The notes under the pieces: generated by a model
Databases searched by the model: none
The model's input: the letters and a program-made list of their open reading frames with translations, nothing else
What the model was told of the DNA's origin: nothing
Part shown: piece by piece, positions 23,117 through 37,053 of the stretch
Layout of the letters: each line of letters opens with the position of its first letter
Position numbering within the stretch: position 1 is the stretch's first letter
Translations under genes and position numbers: made by a program
Assembly (NCBI GenBank): GCA_043228905.1
Contig: JBHGNT010000016.1
Coordinates: 992,001-1,056,000 of the forward strand
DNA: 64,000 bases
Origin: Azolla caroliniana
Lineage: Eukaryota; Plantae; Polypodiophyta
Reading direction: 5' to 3'

Positions 23117-26100
23117 CTAATCAGCCTCCATATCTTCCTCTAGAGCAGCCTTGGCAGCTGCTTTTGCCTGCTCAAGGAGGTCAGTCGGAACCTGCAAAAG
23201 AATCAATACATCAGTATAATAGAATGTCAGTCGGCACTATACTGTATTTTTAATGGAGCATAGGACAGGATACAAACGTTGTATGTATTTAGGCTAGGAG
23301 TATAGGTAGGATATGATGCAAAGAATTACATACATTTAGCATGAGAGTATAAGATATTATTCAAATGTTGTACATACATGTAGCATATGAGTACATGTTA
23401 TATATATATAACACATACAGATGTACGCAACACTCTTTTGCATTTCATTCAACAACAGAGTGCTCACCCGTAGGTGTTCCCGATTCGATTCATCACATAT
23501 CCAGCTCATCTCCAGCTCAAAAGCCTTGTCCTTTGCTTCATCATGTACAGCATATATACTGCAGAGAACATCTTAAAACATTTACCACATGATCATACAA
23601 GAGAATTTTAACCACTGTAGGCAATTAGAAGAAACGCACATCTTAGCTACTTCGATAACACCTTCTCGGCAAGTCATTTCTGATAGCTTCAGCTTCTCAA
23701 TTTCCCTGCATAACATGATAGATATAAAATTGAACCTTGGCAGTAACATTCATGGCATAAAATGAAACTCACGTTTTTGCAGCTTGTCTTCCCTTTCCTA
23801 CTGCTGCACCAAAATATCTCTGCCAAAGAAACAAAGCCAAAATAAGTTTATTGCTAACAAGGCTAGTTTCTAAGGTTGTTAACAATAGAACAAGTGGTTA
23901 AAATGAGAGTTTTTATATGCAGATAGAGAAGGATAGTTACATAAGCGACACCAGACGGTTCAATCATGTAGAGTTGTGGACCGTCCCGATCATAGCCACC
24001 AAGAAGTGCAGCTGATCCAAATGGTCTGGACAGCAATATACAAGCTTCTGCTATTGTAAAATAGTAGAGGTTAAACTTAAATCAAAATTAGAGAGATGTG
24101 AATGCACCTTAACCACCAGTAAAGAGTGCATAAATGCACATAGCTGGCCACTCGTTCACAAAGCTCCTTAATAGGAATTTCTTCTCCATAAAAACTAATA
24201 GAAAATATAAATTAAGAACATGTTACATAGTTGAGACTTGGACTATGAAAAAATTATTTACAGCTCATTACTTTTGATAGTTGTTGGCTTCTGATCGACC
24301 ACGTGAAACTATTTGTCTACCATCTGCTGCCAAGCCCGCCATTGCCTGTATGTGACTCAGAAGTAAATATTAGCTCCGTGAATTATCATGCACGCATCAC
24401 TAACATCAAAAAACTAGTTCATTTGCAAAAAGATGGCTAACATTACCAGGTTCCAGTCTATTTTTTTTCCTCTTTGCAGTAAGGAATAAAGAAAATGTTG
24501 ATTATTAGTTTTGTCACACTTAAAGTAGCACAGGACAAATGACAAGTGACTCATATTGCAAGTGTTTCATTCTTGGAAACAAGTAAAGGAAAGAAATACA
24601 ACACTAGCTTTTACCTTTTTTTATGTGCAACAATACAAAGAATCTAAATGGGATTTAATACATAAGTTTGATGAAGGTGCTTAGCATGAGCAGCAACCAT
24701 TAAAGTGTCTTCCTTACAAATATGTTAGCATGCTTGAAAGACTTGGCCATCCATCAAGCCACATTGAAAGACTTGGCACTAGTTGGAAAACCAACATTGA
24801 AAGAAATGCCAGATGAGCAACCGATGACAACTATATGAGACTACCAGTGAACTTTAAAGAGACACCTAATTTTTTTATGAGTTTCCGTCCAAATCTGAAA
24901 ATTCCTCCAAGATACTGTGGAAATATAAGAAGCAGGCAGTGTCATATACTGTACCTAAGTCTTCCAAGTTTCAACCATGTTTCCAACCAGGTGACTTCAA
25001 GGCACAGTGATTAATCAGATGATCATTCATTTATTGTGCCTTATGAACCCAAAAAGTAACTTGGATTACCACAAGAAAAGATAATTGATTATCAATAAAT
25101 GAAACGTATGTCATCTTACCATTCCTGTGTGTCGATGAACAGAATGTATCCTACGATTAGATCCCTCTAGCAACATTTTGGATGCAATCAGCTTTTCTAC
25201 ACCCTGTAGTTTAACATCAGATAAATAAATCTGTCACCTAACTCTCAAGATATGTAAAAAAGAAAGTCATTCTATGCAATTGGCTAATGATATCACAGTC
25301 CAATAACTTACCAAAACGACTCCATCCTTGCACTTTATGCCCACTGCTGTTCTGCAGAAACAAAATGTAAAATTATTGTAAGCCAGTTATGATAAAAATA
25401 GCTTCAGTTATAAATTATGATGCTAATACTAATAATAAACAAACACTTATACCCGCTGTTGTCAACAGCTTTTGTCGCGTACTCAATTTGAAATACACGC
25501 CCATCAGGTGAAAAGGTTGTAACTGATAGATCATACTGCCAATCAACAGCATTGCAATTAATCTTTGTGCATATATTCAACATTGAAATATATATTCAAC
25601 ATACGCGGCCATCTTTATGAAAAGGTTGTAACTGATAGATCATATTGCAAATTAGTAAGACATATAGCCCTACAAATTTAGTCCATGTGTACAACAGAGG
25701 CTGCGAAATGTAGATGGGCATTTTTTAAATGATGGAGCAAAAAAAAAGAGGTAAGAACTGAAATGAAAAACTATGCTAGCTGCTGAATTTCACTGTTTCA
25801 TGAGTCTGGTAGTGCTCAAGTAGAAGAGTAACACTTCTCATTACCTTCATATACTGAAATACTTACATGCACATTACGGGAAATAACTTCAATCATGGGT
25901 ATTGTGTCTTTTGTTACATTTAATGTGTATCCTATGAAAGCTTAGGTGTGAACCTAGTTAAGTGACTGCTCGGGTTCCAGCTACATTTAAATATTGGTTA
26001 TATACACCATTCTACATCTTTGTAATCGCAAGCTCGTTTTTCCTAAACTACTGATTTTTCCTTAAATCCTCTAAGTGATCTTGCTATAGATCCCTGCATT

Positions 26101-28306
26101 TTCTGCGTCTTTCATGTATAATAATTCCACACACGTCAAGATTTCATCAGACGAGAAATGTCCCTTACTTCCCCACACAGCCAATTGATAGCTAGCTCTC
26201 CATGCACCCATTGGGTCTCCTTTAATATGTAATGTATCTTGGGTTTGTTTATTAAGTTCCTATTGTCTTCGTTTCTTTCCTTCAGGGTATTTTATTCCAT
26301 TGCTACATGCAGCATTTCAGATTTCCTAATCATTCAAATTGAATGGCAGCCATCCAATTTTCTGAAATTTGTGCTAATAGGTTCATTTTCATCAAAAAGA
26401 CACTTGAATGTGGAATGGTCTTTATCTAGCCTTTGGCTGCCATACATAATGATGTTGACCTTTAACATGTTGTCAATTTATGTTAACATCATTGTGCATT
26501 TTGTGGCTCTTCATAATACATTGTTAGAAAACGACCATGCATTTTACAAATCATCTTGAATATGGTAACATTTGAAAAATTCTAATGTTTCGACTCATGT
26601 TCTTTTGTTTAGCCATTTCACCTTAAATGACTAATCTGAGGCATGCAGTTATTTGGCTTCCACATATTATAGCAACTCATACACATAGACATGCGAACTG
26701 AATTGAGGCATCAATGCCCAACAAAATTATTTGTATCAGATCTACAGGATCATTGATGACACTAGCTCCTTCATATTCCTCAATGTATGGCAGATAACAT
26801 ATGCTTCTATGTTTCTTGAAGAATAAGTGTGTCAGATTATGGGATTGCATCCTTTAGGCCTTCTCTTTTGCTTCCATGGGAAACCTCTATAGCTGCAACT
26901 TGTGACTAAAATAGAATTGGTCTCACGGTTCAATAATTCAGCTTTTCTCTTCCATGGAAAATAGCTGTAGTTCCAACTTTTAAGTAAAATAGAATCAGTT
27001 CCATGGATTACTCATTCCAATGATTCCGCTTTGCTCTTCATAGACAAAGAGAGAGGGAGAGAAATGTAAACACTAAAGACCTAAACAAAGAGGTTTACAA
27101 GCAAGAAAAATCATGTTCAATACAGAAAAGGGCAAACTGGAAAAGACCTGACTAATTGCCAACAACAAATTACGCATCATCAGGCGTCTTTTTGTGTGTG
27201 TATATATATAATACAGAATACTCATAGCCTTTGATAGCACTTAATACTTGGTAAATCAACAAAGTTTTGAACTATAACATATTCAGAACATAAAGAGAGA
27301 ACAGAAGTAAAATCAAACGTAAATGATTCTACAATTTTAATAAATCCCAAAAAGGATATTTAAAGAAAACCATACAGCTATGAAAGTAAGAACAAAAATA
27401 AATTAAAACAATATTGCAATGATCAATGCAAAGTTACAAGACCTTCCGATAATCACTATTAAGTGGTTGATAAATAAGCTTATTCATAAACATTTATAAT
27501 ACATTACTTTTAAAGTATGACCAATACACTGAATTTTAATCATCTCTTCTCCTCAACATCTGACTATGCAAAAATAGGACTAATGCAATGTGGAAACAAC
27601 ATGATACAACATTGTCTTTTAAAGTATGTATAAACATGTACCTCCAAACTAATTACTATCAAGTTACAAACATATGTTGAAACAACAATAAGGCATGATA
27701 GGGAATGCCTGTCCATGACCTTGAATGTGTTCTAAGAGAGATCAAAGTTCCATTTTTGTCATGATTCTGTTAAAATATCATTATTTTTGACAAAGTAGCA
27801 TCTTGAGAATAACATGGGCCTGGATGATTTTGCAACGCTTAGAAAAAACTGTTATCTTATGACAGGAAACTTGTTATAGACTTTTGAAAGATAATTAATA
27901 TTCAATGGATGGTTTCTCATTGAATGGAAAGCACATAGCTGAAATCTCAAAGAAAGTTACAATTTGTATAATATGGTGCCGCTACTCGGCAGATGTGTTT
28001 AAAGAATCAAATTTAAAGTCATGATTAGGTATTGTCATAAGATCAAACATAGGATGCGGCCTCTCAATTAGATTGTGGGATGACATGGAGAAACAATGTG
28101 CCGTATTCAGGTGACTGTGCAGTGTCGAGAGCAAAATATGACGTGACATCTCATACTAAGTATGAAGCATAGGAAAATGATCTATATATTGATATTGCTA
28201 TCTGTGAGTAAGTAACAAACTCACGAAGCAATCAGAGAGTTCCGAAAAGCTTTCAGCAGAGAGACGGGAGAAATGAGGGACTTACTCCGGTTCCGATGCT
28301 GCTCAT
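23117..28306 (-). CDS. PAG1: 20S proteasome subunit alpha-7 (alpha type-3), 11 coding exons
   Basis: Spliced peptide MSSIGTG|[61 protein letters not shown]; GT-AG introns; exon 1 28286-28306, exon 2 25453-25535. Confidence 0.97.
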
Positions 28307-30994
28307 CCTGGCGTTTCTCAGAGATCTCCCGAACTACTGAGGAACAAAAAGCGAAGTATCTGAGTCTCTCCGTCGCTCGCGAGGTGAATGAAGCTTCCGA
28401 TGCAAGTCTCGCTGTGTCTGTCTGTCTGTCTGTCTGTCTGTGTCTGTGTATGTGTCTGTGTCGACCTCCTTTCTGTGAGACTGGTGCTACCTAAATTAAA
28501 TGGGAAATGGTTTCACACTGTGGACAAAAACGAAGGCACGCCAAGAGGAGCGTGGGATGGGCGGCCCACCAGCCTCACAACGCCTCTTGCATCTCATCGC
28601 GTTACCCAGGAGGACAACAAGTGAGGGGAGTTTGGGTGGTGCTCCTAAAACAAAAACAAGAAGAAAGTGGTGCAGATCATCGTATGTTAAGAAGGAAATG
28701 TTGGCGCGAAGCACGATCTCGAAAGAATGTGCAACGAGGCCAAGCAGTCCGGGGTCACTCATTCGCAGCAAGAGGTTGGTTGCCTATGTCAACATGCAAA
28801 TGATCAGTAACTTTTGATGTAATATGAGAAGTTATTATCCTTATTGGGATCTAAACCCCACTTATTCATTAACAACAGGTCTAATAACAAGGTATGATTT
28901 CCAAGTAAAAAAGTGCAGTGCTTTGCTATTTCCATCATCAAAAATCATTTTCTAACATAATCTTGTTGTTCATGTGCAAAGAAAAGGGTAACAAAGTTGA
29001 TGCAACACAATATTAGATATGCCCCAATATCATTTGTTATGGGGAAACGTAGTCATATGCAAAACACTCTTTGCATTAATTAAATTCCATCTTGATGTGG
29101 CACTAGATCACCAACAGTTGAAAATTATGGTCCAAGCGAATGACAATATTGATGTGGTACAAAATCACATGAGCATTGTTGACCCCATAGGAATATATGA
29201 TAATAGATGTTCCCTTGTTCAAAGGTTGTTGAGGATGGACAATGGTAACACTACTCAAGTATAATGAGCGATAAAGTTTTCTTCAATTGAGCTTTGTTGT
29301 TGTGTTGCTTCAACCTAATTGATTTTTGTTTTTCTATGGCTGAGAGTAAGGACATGTGTAACATGGGAATATGGACATAAAGTATATGTTTCTACCAATT
29401 TTTCAAAACAATCATGATGAACTTAAGGATTTTTTGCACATGGGCATAATGTCTCAACCATTCCACATAGAGGCTATGTCCTAAAAAATGTTTTAAAGTT
29501 TTATGGTGTCAAATACAATATCAAAAGGATTAACTTGACATTTGTGTGTTGACCACATACATTTGTGCATGGTATTTTGCAAAATAGAAAGTTGGATGTA
29601 TGAGTATGTGCAACCCATATGCAGCTTCCAATCTCAAATGATAAGTTGGAGAAAATTTTGCAAGAGAGGGTTGAGCTTGTTTAAGTATGTAAGTGTAGCA
29701 AGCTTCAATAGGTGAACATGAGTTTTGGATCGAAGAATGTACAACACAGGGATAATGAAAGTAGGACATCCGCCAAACTTAAAGAGCACAAGATTGTGAA
29801 TCTTCTTTCTAGTTGAACATCCTACGTGCAAATTTTTTAATATTGAGGCCAATTGGAATGCCTTTGGGGAGAAAAGTTCTACATGAGAACAAAAGCATCA
29901 AGGGTAATTTTGTAATGTGAATCCAAATTTTCTAGGGTAGGACAACACTTGTTTTAAACATGTATGGTTTGATTGATTCAATAGGGATTTAGTAAGCACA
30001 TGCATGAATGATATTTGCTTAAGGTTCTCAAAACATCAAGGTAAATGTTAAAGTGCAAGCATGCATGTATGGTTAACAGTAAATTGGGTTGAAAAACATT
30101 TGTTTCCACAAAAGAAAAGAACACATAAATAGAATGCATCTATTCCTCATGCTTTATTCTTCATAATATCATGGAGCTTTTCTAGGGTCAGTTTGTGACA
30201 ATTAATAACAAGGCAGGAAAAGGCAAACCTGATTCATGCAATGATTGTTAATTGAGACAATTTAGATAAACCATCGATGCAACATTCTTTTGTGGTTTAC
30301 TCTATTGTCAATCACAAAAGAGTAGTTTACATATTAGAATTTATATCAATGATAATTGATCAAAGGGAAATGATGGAATAATTCATGCCAAACATAAACC
30401 ACTCTTTGAGTAAAAGTTACATGTCAAGAAATGAACATGCACTTAGTCGATCTTTATGTTTTGATAACCCCTCTCATCTTGGTAATGCCAAACTAATGTG
30501 AATATCTCTAAATCATTTAACAGAAATTATCAAACGGATTGGTTATCCCTGCTTTACAATGTAGTCATCCTATATTATAATGACCATGCCTTTTGACAAC
30601 CTATTCCAAAAATACTTCGATCATCTCTCCAATGATCACATTTAGATAGATCAAAATACAGAAATCACATAACATTAGAATGATTTTGAATACCACAGGT
30701 AGTGCAAACAAAAATCACCTTGCTTTTAGAGATCATAACTAGTTGTAAACTTAGCCAAACCAACAATAAAGAGGAAAGAACACATCAAACACAATATACA
30801 AACTGTTTGAAGAGTTCATGGAAGCAATTCCGTATATGTTTCTGTACATATACACTGAATCATACAGCTTGCATATATGCTGATATATTGTTTGTATACA
30901 GAAAGGATAAAATAGATGCTAATCTTAATACTTTATATAGATATATATATATCCTAATATGTCAAGCAAGATGTCTGCTGGTGTGAAAATTGGA

Positions 30995-33900
30995 TCAAGT
31001 AGCACTTCCACACTCAGAAATTTGATATGAATTTTCAGAAATGAGATTCTGTGAGTTATCATCTGCATTTTCTATACCCAATCCAGAGTTACTTCCATCA
31101 TTTTCGCCCTGACCCTCCAAGAGTCCATACATTTTCAGTGTGCGCCATTTGTCTCGTGCACGATATGGAGCTAGCAATCTGATTGCATACAGTACAGGAA
31201 ATGTTACATCGTATTTGTCGGCTGCATTGTATTGTACTATATTTAACCACTACTGAAAAGATGAAAGGAAAACCTATAATAAAATACCTACTCACAACTA
31301 TGAAGCATACAACAGGGCCCACTCCAAGACTACTATCATTTTCAAAAACCTGTTTCTAAACCCATCTCCCAAAGTTGAACAATGGCTCTGTTCTTTCATG
31401 ATTTAAGGAACACTTCAAATTCACACACGCAATATTTCACTCAACTTTCTTGGAGTGATACTTCATTTTACTGAGCACTCTACACTAGAAACCAAGTTAC
31501 CTTTCCTTGCGCTTCACTAGAAACCGAGCCAATGATGCCTTCCTTGCAATTGGCAAAGCTGAATAAAATGCATATAAGGCATTACAACAGAAGATCAAGC
31601 TTCAAAACTATTTTCAAGCACCTTGAATCTTACAATTTAGCTCACCCTTTGGTACCAAAGCTCCACAAGGTATTAGCAACCTTGTCAATTCTTGTATTGA
31701 TCCATGCCCATCTGGATATTTTTCATAAACGGGCGCATTTGTCTCAATGTGATGGCTATGAACTGTATGAAACAATGAATCTTGAGGTGGATATTGTGGA
31801 TAAGTTTGTTCTTTGATAGGCAATCCATGCCCACTTCCTGCTAGTTGCATTAATGCCTGAGCCTGAGATAAATGCCACCATAAATATATTGATTAATGTA
31901 CATCAGAACAATTATCCAGGGCCAATAACAAATATCTTAGATGTGGATAACAATGTGCAGTTCAGTTTTCTCTTCCCTTGCCCACTTGATCTTTTTTAGG
32001 AATTAAAACACAATCATGGGTACATGTTCACTTATCAAAATCAGGGGTTGTTGAAAACAATGGGATCAAGTCATTACATGCTAAAACCATGTTACCTCTA
32101 TATATCGTATAATGGACATTATTACAGGAGTGTTTAGGTCTCTACATACAAAACCCTAATGCTCACAATAGTCATTTATATACATAAATTTAAGAATTTC
32201 TAAAATATTAAAGATGCTTGAAGGAAAACTGTACCTTATCTGCAGGCACATTGTCATATACACTGACAGTACCCGCATAAAACACAGTTAGTTGAGCAGG
32301 TGGATGTGAAATGTTAGACATTTGATTGCTTCTGCAAGAAGACGTGAGTAAATTCCTGAAATCCAATATTAGTAAAGTGATCTAGAGAAAAAGTAAATGA
32401 AATAAATTTACCTTTTTCTGATATCTGGCATGCTAGTATCTTCACCCATAATCATTCTGATAGCAGCATCATGGCTTAACAATGTATTTCCTGTTGCATT
32501 GGCAATCTCTGCATTAGAATATGACTCCCAAAGGTAGGACTTGATTGTACTCTGCCTGCCAATTTTATTTGTTTCATTGAACAAAATGACTTTTGTAAAT
32601 GAAGTAACACAACCAAAACAACTTTCCTTTGATTAAAGAAAAATAAAGGGAAGAGAAGATCATGTTAGAAACTTCTCAATGATGCTTTTCTCACATACAA
32701 AATTTCCCGTGAGGATTTATTTTTCTCATATTGGGACAGTGCCCTACTGATAATGCATATTATTATTCACCCATGCACATGGGTACAAGTTGTACCAAAT
32801 TCCGAGCATTTACTGGTCCCCACCACAAATCCTCCCTACTGAGCTACATCTATCTGGTCTTCCTCTCTCATGTTTTACATGCTCCAGACTCCAGAGAATA
32901 CATCCCCGAAGTAGATTGTATTGATACGGTCTGCCAAACTTTTCTTTTGGTGTCATATGCCTTCAAGACATTCTGTTCTCTTGTGTTTCCATTTTAGCTT
33001 TTAATTTTCTTTCTGTTCTACCATTTAAAATCTCCCACGTACAAAGCTGGGGAGAATGCTTAGTAACAATTGTTGGCCCTCATTAGACGCTAACATACCA
33101 TCATCATCGTTCTTCTCTCTTTCCCACCACACAGAACACAGCAGCAATCACATATCACTGACTTCTCCTTTGGGATATTATATTTGTTTCAGCATATGGT
33201 AACCTGAAGTGAAGTCACACATACTTGTAATCATGATTTATTTATAAGCTGATTTCATCTTCTAGTAGACTTTCTTTCATTTGATTTGGTATTTATTAGC
33301 AATCTAGAGGTGAAAGAAGGATTCCTCGTGTAAGAAGGAGTTCCTTCATGGGTCGATACTGATGATCACACGGTCAGATTAAGATGCTCATATGGTGATG
33401 ATGTACAACTTTCTCCTATGAAGTTCTCTCCTTCAACTCTTCTATACCACCAAGGACATTTGCCAGACTATTAAACTCGCTGTGTGAACATAGGTGAAAC
33501 CGAAATGATGGTGATCAACATGAAACCACCAAGAATATATCCTTGCTTGCCTACATGGGAGAGCTCATCAAATTGTCCAACTCCATCGAGTAGTGAGAAA
33601 GAAAGCTTTGGCTTTACACTTCTCCCTTGATTCCCTAAACGAGATGCCACATTGGAATGTAACGGTTGAAGGCTTACCTTCCAGATTCCATAAGACAACC
33701 TTACTCACTGACCTACAATTTGCTGGGGTCTTTATCTCTCTCCTTCTCCACGCACACACAAAATACACATGAAACAACACTGAATCTGACCTTATCACAG
33801 TGCTTTCAATGTATGGACAATAGCATTGGAAAAAGTCTTCCATAAGACAACCTTACCCACTGACCTACAATTTGCTGGGGTCTTTATCTCTCTCTTTCTC

Positions 33901-34305
33901 CACGCACACACAAAATACACATGAAACAACACTGAATCTGACCTTATCACAGTGCTTTCAATGTATGGACAATAGCATTGGAAAAAGTCTTCCATAAGAC
34001 AACCTTACCCACTGACCTACAATTTGCTGGGGTCTTTATCTCTCTCTTTCTCCACGCACACACAAAATACACATGAAACAACACTGAATCTGACCTTATC
34101 ACAGTGCTTTCAATGTATGGACAATAGCATTGGAAAAAGTCTTCCAAAGGTAAAATTATATGAAAGAAAATGACAAAGGAGTGTTACCTCTTTCTTGTCC
34201 AAAAACCGTCCATCTCTGATCATCCATATTCACATGGTTCCTCCCATAGCCATACGAATGTTGAGGAATCCCAGGAGTCAAGTTTGCATTAAAATGATGA
34301 GGCAT
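30995..34305 (-). CDS. JAZ: TIFY/JAZ jasmonate-signalling repressor (N-terminal exon model less certain)
   Basis: ZIM domain QLTVFYAGTVSVYDNVPADK|AQALMQLA; Jas motif LPIARKASLARFLVKRKER|LLAPY; exons about 34188-34305, 32412-32508, 32236-32355, 31646-31862, 31501-31558 and 30995-31178 are phase-compatible. Confidence 0.9.
33689..34146. repeat. Three near-identical 152-bp tandem repeats in a JAZ intron
   Basis: Units start at 33689, 33841 and 33993; only about 2 differences, both in the first unit. Confidence 0.97.
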
Positions 34306-34670
34306 GGCCAAAATTTATCTACAGAGATGGACGCAAGGGAGGAACCCGCATTAAGGAACTAATCATAAAAGACAAAACTTCGGCATTAGATACGGACAAG
34401 ATGAACGCAATAGAAAAGCAAATAGACAAAATGGGATTAGGGTTAGGTTTAAGAATTAGAGTTTATAGTTTATAGTTGTGGGAACTACGGTTAGGGTTAG
34501 GGTTAGGGTTAGGGTTTTAAGTTTAGAATTTCAGGGATTTGGTATTAGCTTGGGTGAGGATTTATAGGGTTAGGGTTTGCTTACCTTGCGTAGAGAGACA
34601 GAGAACAGAAGACTCTTTGGGTTGGGTTGGGTTGGGTATGATTACATAGAGAAACGTATGTGTTTTGAAT

Positions 34671-34713
34671 CACGTGGGGGAAAAGGCTCGAAAGTGACCC
34701 ATTTCATCACGTG
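34671..34713. promoter_or_regulatory. Two G-boxes (CACGTG) in the JAZ proximal promoter
   Basis: CACGTG at 34671-34676 and 34708-34713, just upstream of the 5'UTR exon (donor near 34584); MYC2-bound G-boxes are typical of JAZ promoters. Confidence 0.65.
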
Positions 34714-34886
34714 CCTATTTTGGGGAACCTTAAATTTAATCGAGAGTTTAAAGGGGGACACAATTTGAATTGGATTGCTGACCAGTGACAATCAAACCCA
34801 CCCCAAATCAAACCGAATCACGCACGCGCCCATTCTCACTCACTCTTTGTGTGTTTCTGTGTGTAAGGGTGTGTAAGGGTGGGTGT

Positions 34887-34931
<45 letters not shown>

Positions 34932-36626
34932 AAGTTTACAACTTACAACAAAGCAAAAACAATGTGTCTATCGTGCGCCACACATATTCCATCCGTATGC
35001 TCGTGGCTCATGAGTTGATAAGACACTGACTCGTCGCATCCCTGTAGTATGTATAGTACCCGTTTCTTCTTCTTGAACCACCTTGTTTATCATGATCCCA
35101 TTCCCCCTCTCTCATACCATCTGATCAAAACATGAACAACAACATGTGAGCTTGTAAAGAAACTCCTCTTTTATGCAGTCGTTGTCACGTGTTGTCGGGT
35201 TATTGTCTGGTGGGAATAACAAGATTTTGAACACGATTTGGCACCTCATACTTATGGTTGATAGAGGAGGAGAGGGAATGTTTTGACGCACTAGTTCGTA
35301 TATATCCTTATGTTGTAAAGGAGGAGAGAGAAAACTATGGGTGGATGTTCCCCTTTGCATGGCCTAAAAGTTTAGTGCGTTTCTTACGGAGTTTATCAAT
35401 AATATCCCTCGATTCTCAAGAGTCCATACTCATCTTAGGCATTATACAAATAATGTCTGTCATCCCATCTTTTTATGGAAAAATATCAATAATTGTAGTA
35501 CCCCTCACGAATCTCGAATTCATGATGTTTTTATAATGTGCCCTTAAATCCCAATTTTCATGTTGAAAAATAGTTTTTTATTTTCATTAATCAACATGTG
35601 GTTATTTTGAGAAGGAAAGTTGGCGTAGAGAAAGCCTAGGCTTTGCATTAAGTAATTGGTACTCTTTCTAGGAGAGAACATTGGTAACACTGAATTAAAG
35701 GCAATATGAATAATGTCATTTGCTCTAATTTTAATATATAGTAGTTCTTTCTCTTTACGAAATTACGTAATAAGTCAATACTTGCTTGTCTCAAATCGGG
35801 TGTTCAAATCCTAGTGTGCCTTGTGCTCTTGATCCTGTCATGAAAAATGTAAATATTAAAACCCCTTGAGGTTCGAACTAAGGGTGTTATGAGAAGTACC
35901 ATTTTTCTAGTTTTCTGATCTACCTCATAAAACCAATCCAATGTGATTTGCAGATGGAAACCATCATCAAAACGTTTTTATGTAAAAAACATCAATAATG
36001 CCCCTTGCACAAATCGATGGAGATATGACTAGCTAACAAGACGATTACAAACAAAAACACTATGTGATGAAAATGGTTCAAACTTCACATAAAATAGTAG
36101 TTTACTCGTACGGGTACTTGTGCCATGAAGTGCTGAATTTGAGTCGACACAACGAAACAAATTTTTTTGCTGTATCGATTGATACCTATTTATATTGATC
36201 TTCTATTTTCGTTGTAGCACCTTGTAACCATCAATCCATAAAGAGATCTACAATAAAACCTTTGTATAAGGCGCCTACTTTTATCATCTCTTAACTTAGT
36301 TTCCATTCTAAATAATCACATTTTATAGCTCAAATCTAAAACAGTCACTTTTACTTTTTTAACTAGTCACATGATCAACCACTTAATGTAAACAAATGTA
36401 TCAACTTGATTTAATATGAATTTGAAGCAATAAAATATTGTTTAATAAGACATGTGATGATTTTCTTTATCTTATTGATATATTTATAGTCATATTTTAC
36501 CACGTTACAGTATGACCAATATGTATGCATATTTAATGGACCTCAATGAAGCATGCCATTTATTTCATTGACTTTGTAATCAACTCTTCAAAGCACTTTG
36601 TAAGTCACTTAGTTGATATTGCATTT

Positions 36627-37053
36627 TTTTTTTCCAAAGAAGAATATAGTCCATTAGTTAAAATGACATACAATACACAACATTAGACATTACCTACTTC
36701 CATATGGGTTACATCACTTATTTATCTTACACTAAATAGCCCACATGTTTGTTCTCTATGTTTGTCATGTCATTCACACCCCTCTATCATCTAATGGGAG
36801 AGGGGAACAACCATCTCGGTACTACGTACTGCCATCGTATATCCACTCCAATTTCTACAGCCATCGGTGTAATACACCATCGTTTTCTGAAATTCAGCCT
36901 CATTAAATCTGAGGCATCATTTGTTCCATCAATCCGCTCATATTGGACCCTCAATGTAGTTATTAGCTAGCACCCATTATCATATGGAACACTTGGACCG
37001 CAAGATGTACCAGGGTATTTTCAGCATAATCTATTAAGCTAATATGGCACACG
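36627..37053 (-). mobile_element. 5'-truncated L1-type LINE (ORF2 C-terminus, 3'UTR, polyA)
   Basis: 17-bp TSD TAGTTGATATTGCATTT at 36610-36626 and 37054-37070; polyA tail; peptide ..FRKRWCITPMAVEIGVDIRWQYVVPRWLFPSP aligns with the C-terminus of the large LINE (..FWQKWQNTPMVTLGESGPRWNYQPPR*LFPSH). Confidence 0.9.

Noticed and set aside
33568-34147. Three repeated MEDFFQCYCP ORFs, or a CRISPR-like array
   Set aside because: By-product of a head-to-tail 152-bp repeat with no unique spacers, in eukaryotic intron context
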